A DNA stretch of 64,000 nt from Armatimonadota bacterium (GCA_046292385.1 JBKBRF010000018.1:32001-96000), one strand, 5' to 3'; counted from the stretch's first letter, positions 50,841 through 61,774 are shown. Notes: generated from the sequence alone by a model not told the origin. Translations and numbers: made by a program.

Positions 50841-50898
50841 TCGCGCCTCGGGCTGAAGTCGAGGCTACAGAGAGCAAAGCTTGCCTCCGCGGGCTCAG
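50841..50898 (+). repeat. REP-like repeat shared with 63146-63203
   Basis: TCGCGCCTCGG.CTGAAGTCGAGGCTACAGAGAGC.AAGC..GCCT.CGCGGGCTCAG in both. Confidence 0.8.
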
Positions 50899-51114
50899 AC
50901 CTGCCGGTCCGAAAGCACCGCAGTACTTACGTCGCACCCCTTAGTCTGCCCGCCAGACCGACCTGCCCTCCGGCCGCGGCCCTTCCGGAAGCTCCGGGAG
51001 GGCCGCGGTGCTTTCCGCCCGGCTCAACCGACCGGGCGCTTCGTTTCCCCGGGAGCAGGGCTCGGGTAACACCCTCCGAGTCCTGGGAGAGCGAAGCGCG
51101 AGCGGAAGGGAGGC

Positions 51115-51645
51115 GTGATGAGGATTCTGACGACGATTGGCCTGGCGTTAGCCGTGATGGGGCTAGCCGGATGTAACCAGAACCGAGAGAGCCAGGTCGA
51201 CGACCAGGTAGCCGGATTCCGGGAGCAGGTGCAGACTGCGACCGAGCAGGCGCAGTCGGCGGCGAGGAATGCCGCTCTGGAGAGCAAGATCAAGACGGTC
51301 CTGCTGAGCCGCAAGGGGCTGAACGCGAAGGAGATCGACGTCCAGGCGCAGGGCGACCGCGTGGTGCTGAAGGGCGACGTAGCGGACGTGGCGCAGGCCC
51401 GCCTGGCGGAAGAGACCGCGATGGAGGTGGAGGGCGTGACCTCCGTCGACAACCAGCTGATGATCCGCGTGCCGGCCACGCAGGTCCCCGTGACCCCGCA
51501 GACCCGCGAGCCGCTGATCCCGCAGACACGGGAGCCGGTCCCGGCGCCGGGCACCAATCCCGGCCCGTTCGGACCGGAGCGGTTCAACGAGACGCCGTCG
51601 CAGCCGGCTCCGCTGCAGCCGCAGCGGCCGCTCTCCCCTCGATAG
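51115..51645 (+). CDS. BON-domain lipoprotein with Pro-rich tail
   Basis: LAGC lipobox; IDVQAQGDRVVLKGDV...VEGVTSVDNQL. Confidence 0.88.
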   Translation: MMRILTTIGLALAVMGLAGCNQNRESQVDDQVAGFREQVQTATEQAQSAARNAALESKIKTVLLSRKGLNAKEIDVQAQGDRVVLKGDVADVAQARLAEETAMEVEGVTSVDNQLMIRVPATQVPVTPQTREPLIPQTREPVPAPGTNPGPFGPERFNETPSQPAPLQPQRPLSPR

Positions 51646-51694
51646 ACTCTGGGCGCGGCCGGGAGCCTGCGTGGCTTCCCGGCCGCCTGCAGCG

Positions 51695-52000
51695 TCACTC
51701 GTCCTCGTCTTCCACCAACTCCTGGCCGGCGGTGTCGACGTGCGTGCTCACTCCCCCGCCAATCGCGTGGGGATGATGCAGGACGCTGGGACGCACGCGC
51801 GGGGCGGTGAGGCCGGTCAGTCCTTCCTGCCCCACGATGTCGGCGGGGCGGTTCTCGTCGACGGCGCCGGGGCCGCTCACGGGTGCCGTGGCGGGTTCAC
51901 CCAGACCGCTGCCGATCGGCCGCGGCGCTACTTCCTCGGCGGCGCCTACGTCCTGGTCGCGCCGCGTGCCGCGGTCCGGTCCGTTCGCTGCTTCGCGCAT
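51695..52000 (-). CDS. Hypothetical acidic, probably disordered protein
   Basis: Strong AAGGAGG RBS upstream of ATG 52000. Confidence 0.65.
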   Translation of the reverse strand: MREAANGPDRGTRRDQDVGAAEEVAPRPIGSGLGEPATAPVSGPGAVDENRPADIVGQEGLTGLTAPRVRPSVLHHPHAIGGGVSTHVDTAGQELVEDEDE

Positions 52001-52054
52001 CTCGAGGTCCTCCTTACCGGAGGCTATAGCCCGGGCGCGCCGGTGACAAAACGC

Positions 52055-54523
52055 TCAGCGGCTCAGCAGCTTCAACCCTTCTGCCGCGCTCGCGCGGATC
52101 GTCTCTTCGGAGCTCTGCGCGGCCTGTTCCAGGATCGGGCGCGCCTCGCTCCCGCCGATGCGAGCCAGCGCGCGGCCGGCGGCGGGGCCGACCGCCGTAT
52201 CGGCGAGGAGCGGCTGCAGCGCCGGGAGCGCGCGGCGGTCGTCGAACCGCACCACTGCGGAGATCGCGGAGCGCCGTACTTCCGCGGAGGGGTCTCCCAG
52301 CGCCCGCAGGCTCTGCTGCAGCGCCTTCTCTCCACGCAGCTTGCTCAGGGCGTCGACGATCACCGCCTTCCGCAGTGGCCAGAGCTGGGTTGCCTCGTAG
52401 GCCCGGATCAGGGCGTCGACATCTCGCGCGTTCCCGAGCCGCCCCAGTGCGCGCGGCACTTCATGGTTCGTCTCGTCCCCCCGCTCCAGCTCCCGGAGCA
52501 GCGCCTGCCGGGCGCGCGGGCCGCCCAGCTCCCCCAGCGCCGCGGCCGCGGCACGACCGTATCCCTTCTGCGGCAGCAGCACGATCAACGGCTCGACGGC
52601 GCGGCTGTCGCGGTTGGCCCGCGCGATCCGGACGGCAGACAGCTCCGGCTGCGGTCGCGACAGCTCGACCAGCGCGGCATCCTTCGCTTCCCGCTCTCGC
52701 CGGAGCCGAAGGAGCGCTTCGAACGCGGCCTCGCGCACCGCGGGATCGGTATCGGCCGCCGCCCGCACCAGCGCGGCCACCACGGGCTCGCGGTCGCGGG
52801 CGTTCGGAAGCCGGGCGAGCTGCTGCACCGCGCTGTAGCGCTGGGAGCTGAGCGGGCGCTCCAGCGTCCGAATGAGCGCGTTCTCCGTTTCGTCTCCAGC
52901 GGCAGCGGGGGCGGAAGCCTCCGCGGAGAGCACCTCTCCGTCCGAGCTCCGGTCCGGGCCATCGACTCGTGAGCCGGTGGCGGGCCCCGGCTCGACGCCG
53001 AGGACCGCGCTCGCCTCCGTGCTGAAGACGCGGCGCTGATCCGCCAGCTCGAGTCGCTCCAGGGAAACAAACGCGGGATCGACGAACGCCACGCGAGCGC
53101 CCATCTCTCGCGTAGCGGCGATCAGCCACGGCACCGCCAGCTCGTCCTGTCCGCCATCAGCCGGAAGTGAGACGACGCAGCCCTGGCCGGCCGCGTACCG
53201 CTCGCGAACCCCGGCGAGCACGCCGCTGACGTTCAGGCAGGTGACGGGTCCCTTCAACTCCAGCACGGCAACGCCCTCGCGGGGCGCCTCCCGCGGCTCC
53301 GCCAGTACCGCGGCCGCGGAGCTGCCGATCGGCGTGGCGAGCGTCTCCCCCGCTGCCTCGAGCCGCAGGTAGAGCTGGTCCACCAGCCCAGACTGCGCCG
53401 CCTGCGGCTGTGCCGGGCGGAGGTCTTCCCCGCGCAGCGCCTCCGGAAAGACAAGCCGCACCCGGGCGGAGCCGCCGGCGGCGATCTCCACTCTCGGGAA
53501 GGGAGCGTTCACCTCCGCGTCGAGCCCGGGCGGGCAGAGGTGCAGTGGGGACACGGGCGCCTCCGCGGGGCGGGGCTCGAACTCCCGGCCGCCGACCAGC
53601 AGCCGGAAGGCGTCCCCGCCCACCGAGAGCGTCGTCGTGCCGGAGCTCCTGATTTCCGCATCGACGATCAGCGTGGCGGTCCCGCGGCCGAGCGCGAGCT
53701 GCGCGTGGCGGATCTCCAGGCTCACCGCCTTCCCACGGGAGGGGAGTGACGCCGCGGAGAGCTGCCAGCTCGCGAGCAGCCGCTGGATCGGCCCCAGTCC
53801 GGTGGTGCTAAGGGTGCCGCCGATCAGTGCCACCACCGCGACCGCCACCGCCAGGGCCGGATAGAGAGTGCGCCGCCGCCGCAGGGGAGCGGTCTGCGCC
53901 CCGGCGGGCTGGAGCGCGCTGGGGTACCCCCCGGCCGGCATCGGTGCCGGCGTGGCCGCCGCGGCAGCGCCCCCGGCAGACGCAGCCGGAGCGGCCGGCG
54001 GCTCGGCGCGGAGACGGAAGAGGCGGTAGCAGGGCTCCTCCGCCTCGCCGCGCACGAGAGGCCCGGTCGGTTTCAGCGACTCCGCGCCGAGCTCGAAGAG
54101 GGTGCGGAGCTCCTCGAAAACCTCCGCGCTCAGCACCATCTCTCCGGCGGGCGCCCGCTCCTGCGCGATCCGGGCGGCGCGCTCCGCGGCGGCCGCGCGC
54201 GGACCGGCGGGGGCTCGACGGGCAATTCCGGCGCTCGCCGGCACGGAGCGGTCGGCGAAATCCGCCGCCATTTCGAGCAAGGCGTCCGCGCACGCGACTG
54301 CCTCAACCGGCCCCGGAAGCGAAAAGAGCAGGCCGAACGGCTCCGGGCGGAGCAGGCGCCCGCCGCGCGCGGCGGCTTCGGCGGTCGCCAGCTCCAACAG
54401 CTCCCGGGGGAAGCCGCGTCCACGCGCCCGGCTCCCGCTCGCCGGTCCGAGATAGAGGAGCACCTCCGGGTGCCGCCGCCGGGAAAACGCCTCGAACTGC
54501 TGATCGCGTGCCTGCGGGTCCAA
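52055..54523 (-). CDS. Multidomain membrane protein with C-terminal HEAT repeats
   Basis: HEAT motifs (VREAAFEAL, AAAAALGELG, VRRSAISAV); one TM; likely TTG start at 54523 (the longer track ORF runs through repeats and moxR). Confidence 0.75.
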   Translation of the reverse strand: MDPQARDQQFEAFSRRRHPEVLLYLGPASGSRARGRGFPRELLELATAEAAARGGRLLRPEPFGLLFSLPGPVEAVACADALLEMAADFADRSVPASAGIARRAPAGPRAAAAERAARIAQERAPAGEMVLSAEVFEELRTLFELGAESLKPTGPLVRGEAEEPCYRLFRLRAEPPAAPAASAGGAAAAATPAPMPAGGYPSALQPAGAQTAPLRRRRTLYPALAVAVAVVALIGGTLSTTGLGPIQRLLASWQLSAASLPSRGKAVSLEIRHAQLALGRGTATLIVDAEIRSSGTTTLSVGGDAFRLLVGGREFEPRPAEAPVSPLHLCPPGLDAEVNAPFPRVEIAAGGSARVRLVFPEALRGEDLRPAQPQAAQSGLVDQLYLRLEAAGETLATPIGSSAAAVLAEPREAPREGVAVLELKGPVTCLNVSGVLAGVRERYAAGQGCVVSLPADGGQDELAVPWLIAATREMGARVAFVDPAFVSLERLELADQRRVFSTEASAVLGVEPGPATGSRVDGPDRSSDGEVLSAEASAPAAAGDETENALIRTLERPLSSQRYSAVQQLARLPNARDREPVVAALVRAAADTDPAVREAAFEALLRLRREREAKDAALVELSRPQPELSAVRIARANRDSRAVEPLIVLLPQKGYGRAAAAALGELGGPRARQALLRELERGDETNHEVPRALGRLGNARDVDALIRAYEATQLWPLRKAVIVDALSKLRGEKALQQSLRALGDPSAEVRRSAISAVVRFDDRRALPALQPLLADTAVGPAAGRALARIGGSEARPILEQAAQSSEETIRASAAEGLKLLSR

Positions 54524-54720
54524 TTGCGGCCTCTGTTCTCGTATTCCGTATTGCGTAGCGGGACGCTTGCACTTCTTCACAGAACGTCGTGCCGGGCGAG
54601 ACGCTTCTTCAGCGCTTCGCTCGGCACGACGTCCTGCAAAGCGGGACCAGCCACTCGCTACGGAATACGCAATACGCGCTGCGATTGCTCCCGCGAGACG
54701 CGCCGCGTTCGGGAGACAAG

Positions 54721-55689
54721 CTATCTCGGAACCGACACCCGCTGGAGAATCGCGCGGATCGCCTCTTCCGGCGTCTGGCCATTCGCCTCCGCTTCCGGCT
54801 GCAGGACGATCCGGTGCCGCAGGGTGGGGATCACCATCGACTGCACGTCGTCCGGCGTCACGAAGTCCCGCCCCGCGAACGCGGCCATCGCCTTGGCCGC
54901 GAGGAGCAGGTGGATACCGCCGCGGGGACCGCAGCCGACCATGATCTCCTCGGAAGCGCGGGTGGCGCCGACCAGCTCCCGAACGTAGGTCACCAGCTCC
55001 GGGCGCATCGTCAGGCCCTTCACCGCGGACCGGCACCGCTCGATCTCCGCGGCGGACATCACCGGCTGGATCGCGGAGTGCTCCACGTTGTGCGGCTCCT
55101 GGCCCTGGTTGTACCGCTCCAGGAGGCGCTCTTCCTCTTCCGGCGTGGGATAGGTGACCACTACCTTCATCATGAACCGGTCGAGCTGGGCCTCCGGCAG
55201 CGGGTAGGTCCCCTCGTACTCGATCGGGTTCTGCGTGGCGAAGACGGTGAAGTTGGGCGAGAGCGGGTACGGCTCACCGTCGATGGTGCACCGCCGCTCC
55301 TGCATCGCTTCCAGGAGCGCCGCCTGCGTCTTCGCGGGGCTCCGGTTGATCTCGTCGCCCAGGAGCAGGTCGGTAAAGACCGGCCCCTTCCGCAGCACGA
55401 ACTGGCTGCGGGAGAGATCGTAGATGTTGGTGCCGATCACGTCGGACGGCATCAAGTCCGGCGTGAACTGCACGCGGCCGAAGTCGAGGCTCATCGCCCT
55501 CGCCAGCGCGCGCACCATCAGCGTCTTGGCGGTGCCGGGCACCCCTTCCAGCAGCACGTGCCCCTGGCAGTAGATCGCCGCCAGAAGCGACTGCAGCACC
55601 GCTTCCTGCCCTACCACCACGGTGCGGACCTGTGCCAGGACCTGCTCTGTCTTTGCCTGGATCAGGTCCAGTCCCTCGGAGGTGATCAT
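54721..55689 (-). CDS. MoxR family AAA+ ATPase
   Basis: GHVLLEGVPGTAKT, RVQFTPDLMPSD, DEINR, ATQNPIEYEGTYPLPEAQLDRF. Confidence 0.95.
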   Translation of the reverse strand: MITSEGLDLIQAKTEQVLAQVRTVVVGQEAVLQSLLAAIYCQGHVLLEGVPGTAKTLMVRALARAMSLDFGRVQFTPDLMPSDVIGTNIYDLSRSQFVLRKGPVFTDLLLGDEINRSPAKTQAALLEAMQERRCTIDGEPYPLSPNFTVFATQNPIEYEGTYPLPEAQLDRFMMKVVVTYPTPEEEERLLERYNQGQEPHNVEHSAIQPVMSAAEIERCRSAVKGLTMRPELVTYVRELVGATRASEEIMVGCGPRGGIHLLLAAKAMAAFAGRDFVTPDDVQSMVIPTLRHRIVLQPEAEANGQTPEEAIRAILQRVSVPR

Positions 55690-57017
55690 TCGGTCTGTGT
55701 TCCCTTTCGCGCCGGGCGCTTCCCGTGCAGCGCCTGGTCGACTTGCGTGAGCTGCGCGCAGACCTGCAGGGCTTCCTCTTCGGAGAGCTTCTCTCGCGCC
55801 AGCACCGCCTCTGCCTCTAACACCGCCTGCCGCGCTTCCACCGCCGGGCGGCCGGTGCGGCGCTCGTAGCGGCGGCCGATCTCGTCCAGGTCGGTCAGCC
55901 CGTCCACGCGCAGCGCGCCGTTCAGGCGGCGGCGGAAGTCGGCGTAGATCGTCGCCACCGCCTGCCGGCTCATTCCGGCGCTCTGGTAGAGCGCGGCGAC
56001 GGCCTCGACGTATTCCTTACTGTCCCGCCGCGAGTCCCGCGCCAGCGGCTCCGCCGGCCCGAAGCGGGTGCCGGTGCGCCAGAAGACGAGCGCCACCAGC
56101 AGCAGCCCGTAGAGGATGACGGGGGTGAGCGCGCGGTCCCGGATGTAGGCCATCACGCCCCGGTCCGGGTGCCGCTTGTGGTACTCATCGAACCAGAGGG
56201 TGCCGCCCGCCGGCAGGAGGCGCGTCAGGTTGACCACGAACTGCAGGTTGTCCGCCTGGGTCAGCCCGAGGTTGCTCGCCGGGTAAACGTCGTTCACCGC
56301 CACGTAGAGTCCCTTCCCCTGCGCCGCACTCACCACCTGCGGATAGGAGATCGGGCCGTACTTCCGCTCGAACAGGGTGAGCCACTCCTCCGCCGGAATG
56401 GCCGGGATCGGCGGCTCCGGCTGCGGCGGGAGCGCCTCCCGCATCGCTTCCGGCACGTCCGGATCGTGGTCGAGCCGGCCGAACTTGAATCCGAAGTCGC
56501 CCCCGGTCTTGAACTCTCGCACGCGGGCCGCCAGCGCGCTCGGCTGCGCCGGCTCGGCCGAGCCGGTCGCCTTCGACTTCGGCGCCTCCACGATCAGTCC
56601 CAGCGCGCGGAAGAGGCTGTTCGGCTCTCTGGTCATGATCACGGCGACGTTGCCGGCGCGGACCCAGCGGTCGAGCGCCTCGATCTCGTACGGCAGCACG
56701 TCGCCCCCGGTGCGGCCGAGGAGCTGCTCCTTCCCTTCCGGCGCCAGGAGGAGCAGGACGCCCGGCTCCTTCAGGTGGGAGAAGTCCCGGTCCCAGACCT
56801 GCGGCCGGTGACCGAGCCGCTGGAGCACCTGGAAGGCGACGGCGGCACCCCGGTCGTCGGTCCGCCCGACGGAGTACTCCGGACTCCCGGTGCCTCGCCG
56901 GGCCTCTTGCGCCCAGAGCAGCCCCGCCCCTACCAGGAGGAGGGCGGCCACCGCGGCGAGCCAGGCGAGCGGGCCGACCGAAGCGAGCGGGCCAACGGAA
57001 GCGAGCGGCTTACGCAC
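55686..57017 (-). CDS. DUF4350-like membrane protein
   Basis: N-terminal TM, YS..R.D.RG, WFDEYH, W..G.RFG...EYVEAVA.LY; GTG start overlapping upstream stop; context next to MoxR. Confidence 0.75.
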   Translation of the reverse strand: MRKPLASVGPLASVGPLAWLAAVAALLLVGAGLLWAQEARRGTGSPEYSVGRTDDRGAAVAFQVLQRLGHRPQVWDRDFSHLKEPGVLLLLAPEGKEQLLGRTGGDVLPYEIEALDRWVRAGNVAVIMTREPNSLFRALGLIVEAPKSKATGSAEPAQPSALAARVREFKTGGDFGFKFGRLDHDPDVPEAMREALPPQPEPPIPAIPAEEWLTLFERKYGPISYPQVVSAAQGKGLYVAVNDVYPASNLGLTQADNLQFVVNLTRLLPAGGTLWFDEYHKRHPDRGVMAYIRDRALTPVILYGLLLVALVFWRTGTRFGPAEPLARDSRRDSKEYVEAVAALYQSAGMSRQAVATIYADFRRRLNGALRVDGLTDLDEIGRRYERRTGRPAVEARQAVLEAEAVLAREKLSEEEALQVCAQLTQVDQALHGKRPARKGTQTE

Positions 57018-58884
57018 GCGCGGCCCCCATTCCCGGCGGCGGGGTGCCGAGCTCCCGGACTCCGCGCTCGAACTCGCGGTAGCTGCGCTCGTCGCAGGCG
57101 TGGCCGCCGTACCAGACTTCATCGAACATCCGCGTCAGCCGGCGGAGCGTCCCCTGCGCCTCCGGCTCTCCCCGGAACTGCCGCACGTAGACCCAGTTGG
57201 TGAGCGCGCGGTTGTAATCGATGCGCCGCTGCCGGTGCAGGTGGACCAGCGTCGCGAGATAAAGCGCCCGCACCGCCTGCCGCGCGTCCCCCTGCCCCAG
57301 CCACTGCTGTGCGAAAAGCTCCCACTCGTCGACGGTGTGGTCGAGGGCGTTCTCGGTCGCGGACGCCTCCAGCGGCGGCGCGGCGGCGGTGGCAACCGCC
57401 GGGCCGGCCTCCCGCAGGGGCCGCTCCACCAGCCAGCGGGCGAAGAGCACGACGACGGCGATGACCGCCGCCGCCAGCACGATCCAGAGCAGCGGCTCCA
57501 ACCAGGCGCCGCCGCCCGGCAGCGACCAGTTCGGCGCCTTCACGTTCGGCTGCTGCGGCTTGAAGAGCGTCTTGTTCAGCCAGTCGGAAAAGCTCTTCCA
57601 CCACCCCTTCGGCGCGCGGCTGTCGACGCGGACCAGGTCCCGCAGCTCGGCCCGCCCCGCCAGCGGCTGGAACTCCGGCTGCGCCAGCACCTGTCCCAGC
57701 GCCTCCTTTGCGCTCACCGCGCCGCCGGCCGCTCCCGCGGGGGGCACCGCCCGACCCGTCCAGGCCACCCCTCCCAGGGAGCGCTCCACCGCTTCGAGCT
57801 TCCGCAGCACCGCCTGCTTCTCTTCGGCGGAGTCCCAGGCGCGCGCGCCGTCGAGCCAGTCGTTCTCCACCGTCACCTTCTGCCCGCCGGGGAGGGTGAC
57901 CACCTGGTCCCGCAGGCGGCGGAGGTCGGAGCGGTCGACCTTGTCCGCGCTGGGAGCCCGAGAGAGATGCTCCCGAACCTGTCGCACCTCGCGCAGGTAC
58001 TCCTCTGGGGTTACCGCGTGGGCGGCACCGGGGAGCAGCAGCACGAGCGCCAGCACCGAGGCGCCCGCCGCCTTGAGCTGCCGCAGGCGGTCGTGGAGAT
58101 CGGCGCCCTCCCTCCGGATGCGGAGGTCGAGATAGAGCGCCGTGTCGGCCGCGTTCTTGAGCGGATCGAGGAGCACGAACTGCGTGACCAGGAGCAGCAG
58201 GACGTACGTGGGGTTGCGCAGGGAGAGATACGGCGCGAAGCCGCTGGTATCGATTCCGAGGAAGCCGGAGAGGTTGTGGACGAAGAACTGGACCGCCAGA
58301 TGCAGGCCGAACACGCCGACCGCCCAGAGCAGCGCGAAGAGCGCCCACAGCCCGAACGCGCGGCCGCGGTGCCCCTCCAGCAGCCGCCAGCTCCGGCGCA
58401 GCGCGCCGGCCGGCGTCCGGCCTTCATCGACCAGCGACGGCAGCGCCACCCACCAGGAGGCGGCGAGCCAGAGCCCCGGCGCGGCCAGGCAGCTCGCGGC
58501 CAGCCACGCCCCCGAGAAGGCGGCGAGCCCGACTACCGCGCCCCGGCCGGCGTACCGGAGGAGGTCGGCTCGACCCGGTACCTGCGTCAGCTCGCCCCGC
58601 GTCTCCAGGATGGAGACCGCCACCACGATGGCGCGCGCCGCGCCGTTCAGCGCCCAGGCCGCCGACATGGCCACCGCCCAGAAGAAGGTGCCCTGGTAAA
58701 AGGTCGCCGCTTCCACCTCCCCCACCAGCGTGCCGAGCCAGCGGAAGTAGGCAAGGAGCAGCAGCGCCAGCGGCAGCGTGCCGACGGTCGACCACGCGTA
58801 CATCCGCGGCCAGCTCCGCCGGAGCAGCAGCCAGGCGGAATCGAGCACTTCAACCGTGGAGAGCGGGCGGAGCGTGACGGGCAT
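57010..58884 (-). CDS. Membrane protein with C-terminal DUF4129 domain
   Basis: LRPLS..EVLD N-terminus, LYLDLRIRREG.DL, C-terminal A.RALY...TNWVY...F..VWYG. Confidence 0.8.
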   Translation of the reverse strand: MPVTLRPLSTVEVLDSAWLLLRRSWPRMYAWSTVGTLPLALLLLAYFRWLGTLVGEVEAATFYQGTFFWAVAMSAAWALNGAARAIVVAVSILETRGELTQVPGRADLLRYAGRGAVVGLAAFSGAWLAASCLAAPGLWLAASWWVALPSLVDEGRTPAGALRRSWRLLEGHRGRAFGLWALFALLWAVGVFGLHLAVQFFVHNLSGFLGIDTSGFAPYLSLRNPTYVLLLLVTQFVLLDPLKNAADTALYLDLRIRREGADLHDRLRQLKAAGASVLALVLLLPGAAHAVTPEEYLREVRQVREHLSRAPSADKVDRSDLRRLRDQVVTLPGGQKVTVENDWLDGARAWDSAEEKQAVLRKLEAVERSLGGVAWTGRAVPPAGAAGGAVSAKEALGQVLAQPEFQPLAGRAELRDLVRVDSRAPKGWWKSFSDWLNKTLFKPQQPNVKAPNWSLPGGGAWLEPLLWIVLAAAVIAVVVLFARWLVERPLREAGPAVATAAAPPLEASATENALDHTVDEWELFAQQWLGQGDARQAVRALYLATLVHLHRQRRIDYNRALTNWVYVRQFRGEPEAQGTLRRLTRMFDEVWYGGHACDERSYREFERGVRELGTPPPGMGAARA

Positions 58885-59049
58885 CGGTCGATCTTACGCG
58901 GGCGGAGCTGTCGATTTCAGGTTAGCAGGTTGATGATGGCGGGTCCGTGCGGCGGCTGGCGTTTGGCGTATCGAGTATTGCGCAGCGACCGGCTTTCGCG
59001 TGTTTCCGGTGACTGAGTGCCGGGCGATGTGCTGCGCGCCTGCTTCCGG

Positions 59050-59382
59050 TTACGGCGGGGTGACTCCCGACGGGAGGGAGGTCCGCAGCAGCGCGAGAAG
59101 GTAGCCAAGCACGAAGAAGACGAGGGTAGCCCCCACCGCGCCGCCGATCGCCAGCGGGATGCCGAGCGCCGCCTCGCGCGCCGGCGACTCGACCTGCTCC
59201 GCTTCCGGCTCCACCGCCGACTGCAGGCAGCGGATGCAGTAATTCATCCGGTCGATGCGCGTGGAGCACTCCACGCAGACCACGGCGCGGCAGCCGACGC
59301 AGACGCCCACCCCCTCCCGGTCCGGGTGGTTGGCGCAGCGGAGCGCCCGCGGCTGAGGCTGTGGGTGAGCGTGGAGGGTCAT
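59050..59382 (-). CDS. Small B-box-like zinc finger membrane protein
   Basis: CANHPDREGVGVCVGCRAVVCVEC......NYCIRC plus C-terminal TM. Confidence 0.78.
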   Translation of the reverse strand: MTLHAHPQPQPRALRCANHPDREGVGVCVGCRAVVCVECSTRIDRMNYCIRCLQSAVEPEAEQVESPAREAALGIPLAIGGAVGATLVFFVLGYLLALLRTSLPSGVTPP

Positions 59383-59648
59383 CGTTCTTTGAGTGCGGAG
59401 TCGTCGCCGCCCCCAGTGCGGTTCGACCTTGCCGGCGGCGGCACCTCTAGTTCTTGCGTACCGCTGCCCGCTCCGACGCAGGAAACCCGTGAAGCGGGGT
59501 GGAACAATGCGGCCAGAATAGCCGCCTGCGTCGTCTTCCTCGCCGTCTCCCCGCCAGCGCCTGCGCCGAGCAGCCTCGGCACGCGCTCTCCGTCGAGAAC
59601 AGCACCCCTCCCCGCGCCGGCGGCCCCCATCTCCAGGAGTACGTGTCG

Positions 59649-61277
59649 ATGTCGACAGACCTCAATACCGCCGCCGCGTCGGAGAAGCTGCCGGATCCGG
59701 GCGAGCTGCCCGCGTGGGAAGTCGGCGAGCTTCCCGCGCCGGTCCCCTTCGGGTGGAAGAACGTTCTCGCCGCCATCGGGCCCGGCATCATCGTGCTGGG
59801 CGGCAGCATCGGCACCGGGGAGTGGCTGATGGGCCCGGCGGTGACGGTGCGGTTCCAGGGCGCCATGCTCTGGATCGCCACGCTCGCGATCTTCTTCCAG
59901 TCGTTCCTGAACATGGAGTGCGTGCGGTACGCGCTCTACACCGGCGAGCCGATCTTCACCGGCTTCCTGCGCTCCAAGCCGGGCCCCAAGTTCTGGGCGG
60001 CGATCTATTTCATGTGCGATCTCGGGATGTTCTTTCCCGCGTTCGCCGGGGCGTTAGCGCAGCTCCTCGTCGCCGGCTACCTGGGACCGGACGCCACGCT
60101 CGGCTCCCAGCACGGCTTCGCCATCATGGCTACCGGCATCGGTGTGACGGTCATCGGGTTCGTGTTGATGCTCTTCGGCGGAAAGATCTACAACACGCTC
60201 CTCGCCTGCATGACGTTCAAGGTGCTGTGGGTCCTCGGGTTCCTGATCTTCATCGACTTCTTCCTGGTCGGTTGGGATCACTGGAAGCTGGTGCTCCAGG
60301 GGTTCTTCTTCCCGTTCAATGAGAACGGCTTCATGATGCCGAAGGACCTGAAGTTCTCCGACTGGACCACCATCGCCGGCTTCGCCGCGTTCGCGGGCGC
60401 GGGCGGCCTCTCCAACGCTACCTTCAGCAACTACGCGCGGGAAAAGGGCTGGGGCATGGGCGCCCACGTCGGATGCATCCCGTCGGCGGTCGGCGGCGTG
60501 GAAGTGGAGCTCTCCCCGCTGGGGAAGGTCTTCCGCGTCACCGACGAGGCGATGCACCGCTGGAAGGCGTGGTGGAAGTACGTCCACTTCGACCAGTACG
60601 CGGTGTGGGTGGTCGGCTGCTTCGCGGGCGTGATCCTGCCGGCGGCGATGTCGATCCGGATGCTCGATCCGGAGATGGTGAAGAGCGCCAAGGACTGGGA
60701 GATCGCCTCCATGCAGGCGAAGGGCATCATGGCGAACATGTCCGGCAACCCGATGCTCTTCTGGTGGCTCACCCTCTTCACCGGCTTCCTGATCATCTGG
60801 TTCACCCAGGTGCAGGCGATGGACCACGTCACCCGGCGCTGGACCGACATCCTCTGGACCGCCAGCCCGCGCGCCCGCGAGGCCTCCGGGGCCGGCGGCG
60901 TGAAGAAGGTCTACTACGGGATCCTGCTCACCTACGCCTGCATCAACATCGCGGTGTTGATCATGAACCAGCTCATCGGCGGCACGCCGTTCGGGATCGT
61001 GATCCTCACCTCCGTCACCAGCGGCTTCGCCACCGCCGTGAGCGCCATCCACACCTTCTACGTGAACAAGCGCTTCCTGCCGAAGCAGCTCCAGGCGTCG
61101 TGGTGGCGCACCGCCGGCCTGCTGGCCTGCGCGGTGTTCTACCTGATCATGACGACGCTGGCCGGATACGGAAAGATCTCGTCCGAGCTGGCGAAGCGAA
61201 ACGCTCCGCCGGCAGCCGCCGCGCCCGCGGTACCCAGCGGCACACCCGCCAACCCACAGGCCGCCGCGATACGCTAA
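59649..61277 (+). CDS. Nramp-like/APC-fold membrane transporter
   Basis: [25 protein letters not shown], many TM helices; start ATG 59649 with AGGAG upstream. Confidence 0.8.
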   Translation: MSTDLNTAAASEKLPDPGELPAWEVGELPAPVPFGWKNVLAAIGPGIIVLGGSIGTGEWLMGPAVTVRFQGAMLWIATLAIFFQSFLNMECVRYALYTGEPIFTGFLRSKPGPKFWAAIYFMCDLGMFFPAFAGALAQLLVAGYLGPDATLGSQHGFAIMATGIGVTVIGFVLMLFGGKIYNTLLACMTFKVLWVLGFLIFIDFFLVGWDHWKLVLQGFFFPFNENGFMMPKDLKFSDWTTIAGFAAFAGAGGLSNATFSNYAREKGWGMGAHVGCIPSAVGGVEVELSPLGKVFRVTDEAMHRWKAWWKYVHFDQYAVWVVGCFAGVILPAAMSIRMLDPEMVKSAKDWEIASMQAKGIMANMSGNPMLFWWLTLFTGFLIIWFTQVQAMDHVTRRWTDILWTASPRAREASGAGGVKKVYYGILLTYACINIAVLIMNQLIGGTPFGIVILTSVTSGFATAVSAIHTFYVNKRFLPKQLQASWWRTAGLLACAVFYLIMTTLAGYGKISSELAKRNAPPAAAAPAVPSGTPANPQAAAIR

Positions 61278-61356
61278 CCGGGCAGGTTTCCGGGCATGGG
61301 CCGGCGGCTCCCGATTGGGCCGCCGGTCCGTTCCCGACCATTTTCCGGGAGGCACA

Positions 61357-61764
61357 ATGGCAGCAGAGCGTTCCTTCGTGATGATCAAGCCGGACGGCGT
61401 CCGGCGTGCGCTGGTGGGCGAGTGCATCCGCCGGTTCGAGCAGCGCGGCCTCAAGATCGTCGAGCTGAAGATGCTCACCGCCGGCAAAGAGCTGGCCGAG
61501 AGCCACTACGGCGCCCACCGCGGCAAGCCGTTCTTCGAGGGCGTGGTGGAGTTCATCACCTCCGGTCCGGTTGTCGCGATGGTGATCGAAGGCGAGAGTG
61601 CCATCGCCGCCATCCGGCAGATGGTCGGCGCCACCCGCCCCCTGGAGGCGGCGCCGGGCAGCATCCGCGGCGACTTCGCGCTGGAAGTGGGCGAGAACAT
61701 CATCCACGCCAGCGATGCGCCGGAGACGGCGGAGCAGGAGATCGCCCTCTGGTTCGGGGCCTAG
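61357..61764 (+). CDS. ndk: Nucleoside diphosphate kinase
   Basis: [31 protein letters not shown]. Confidence 0.97.
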   Translation: MAAERSFVMIKPDGVRRALVGECIRRFEQRGLKIVELKMLTAGKELAESHYGAHRGKPFFEGVVEFITSGPVVAMVIEGESAIAAIRQMVGATRPLEAAPGSIRGDFALEVGENIIHASDAPETAEQEIALWFGA

Positions 61765-61774
61765 GAGCGGGGCG

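Noticed and set aside
54524..55036. N-terminal extension of the 993-aa ORF
   Set aside because: Overlaps moxR out of frame and runs through a repeat pair; a TTG start at 54523 is more plausible
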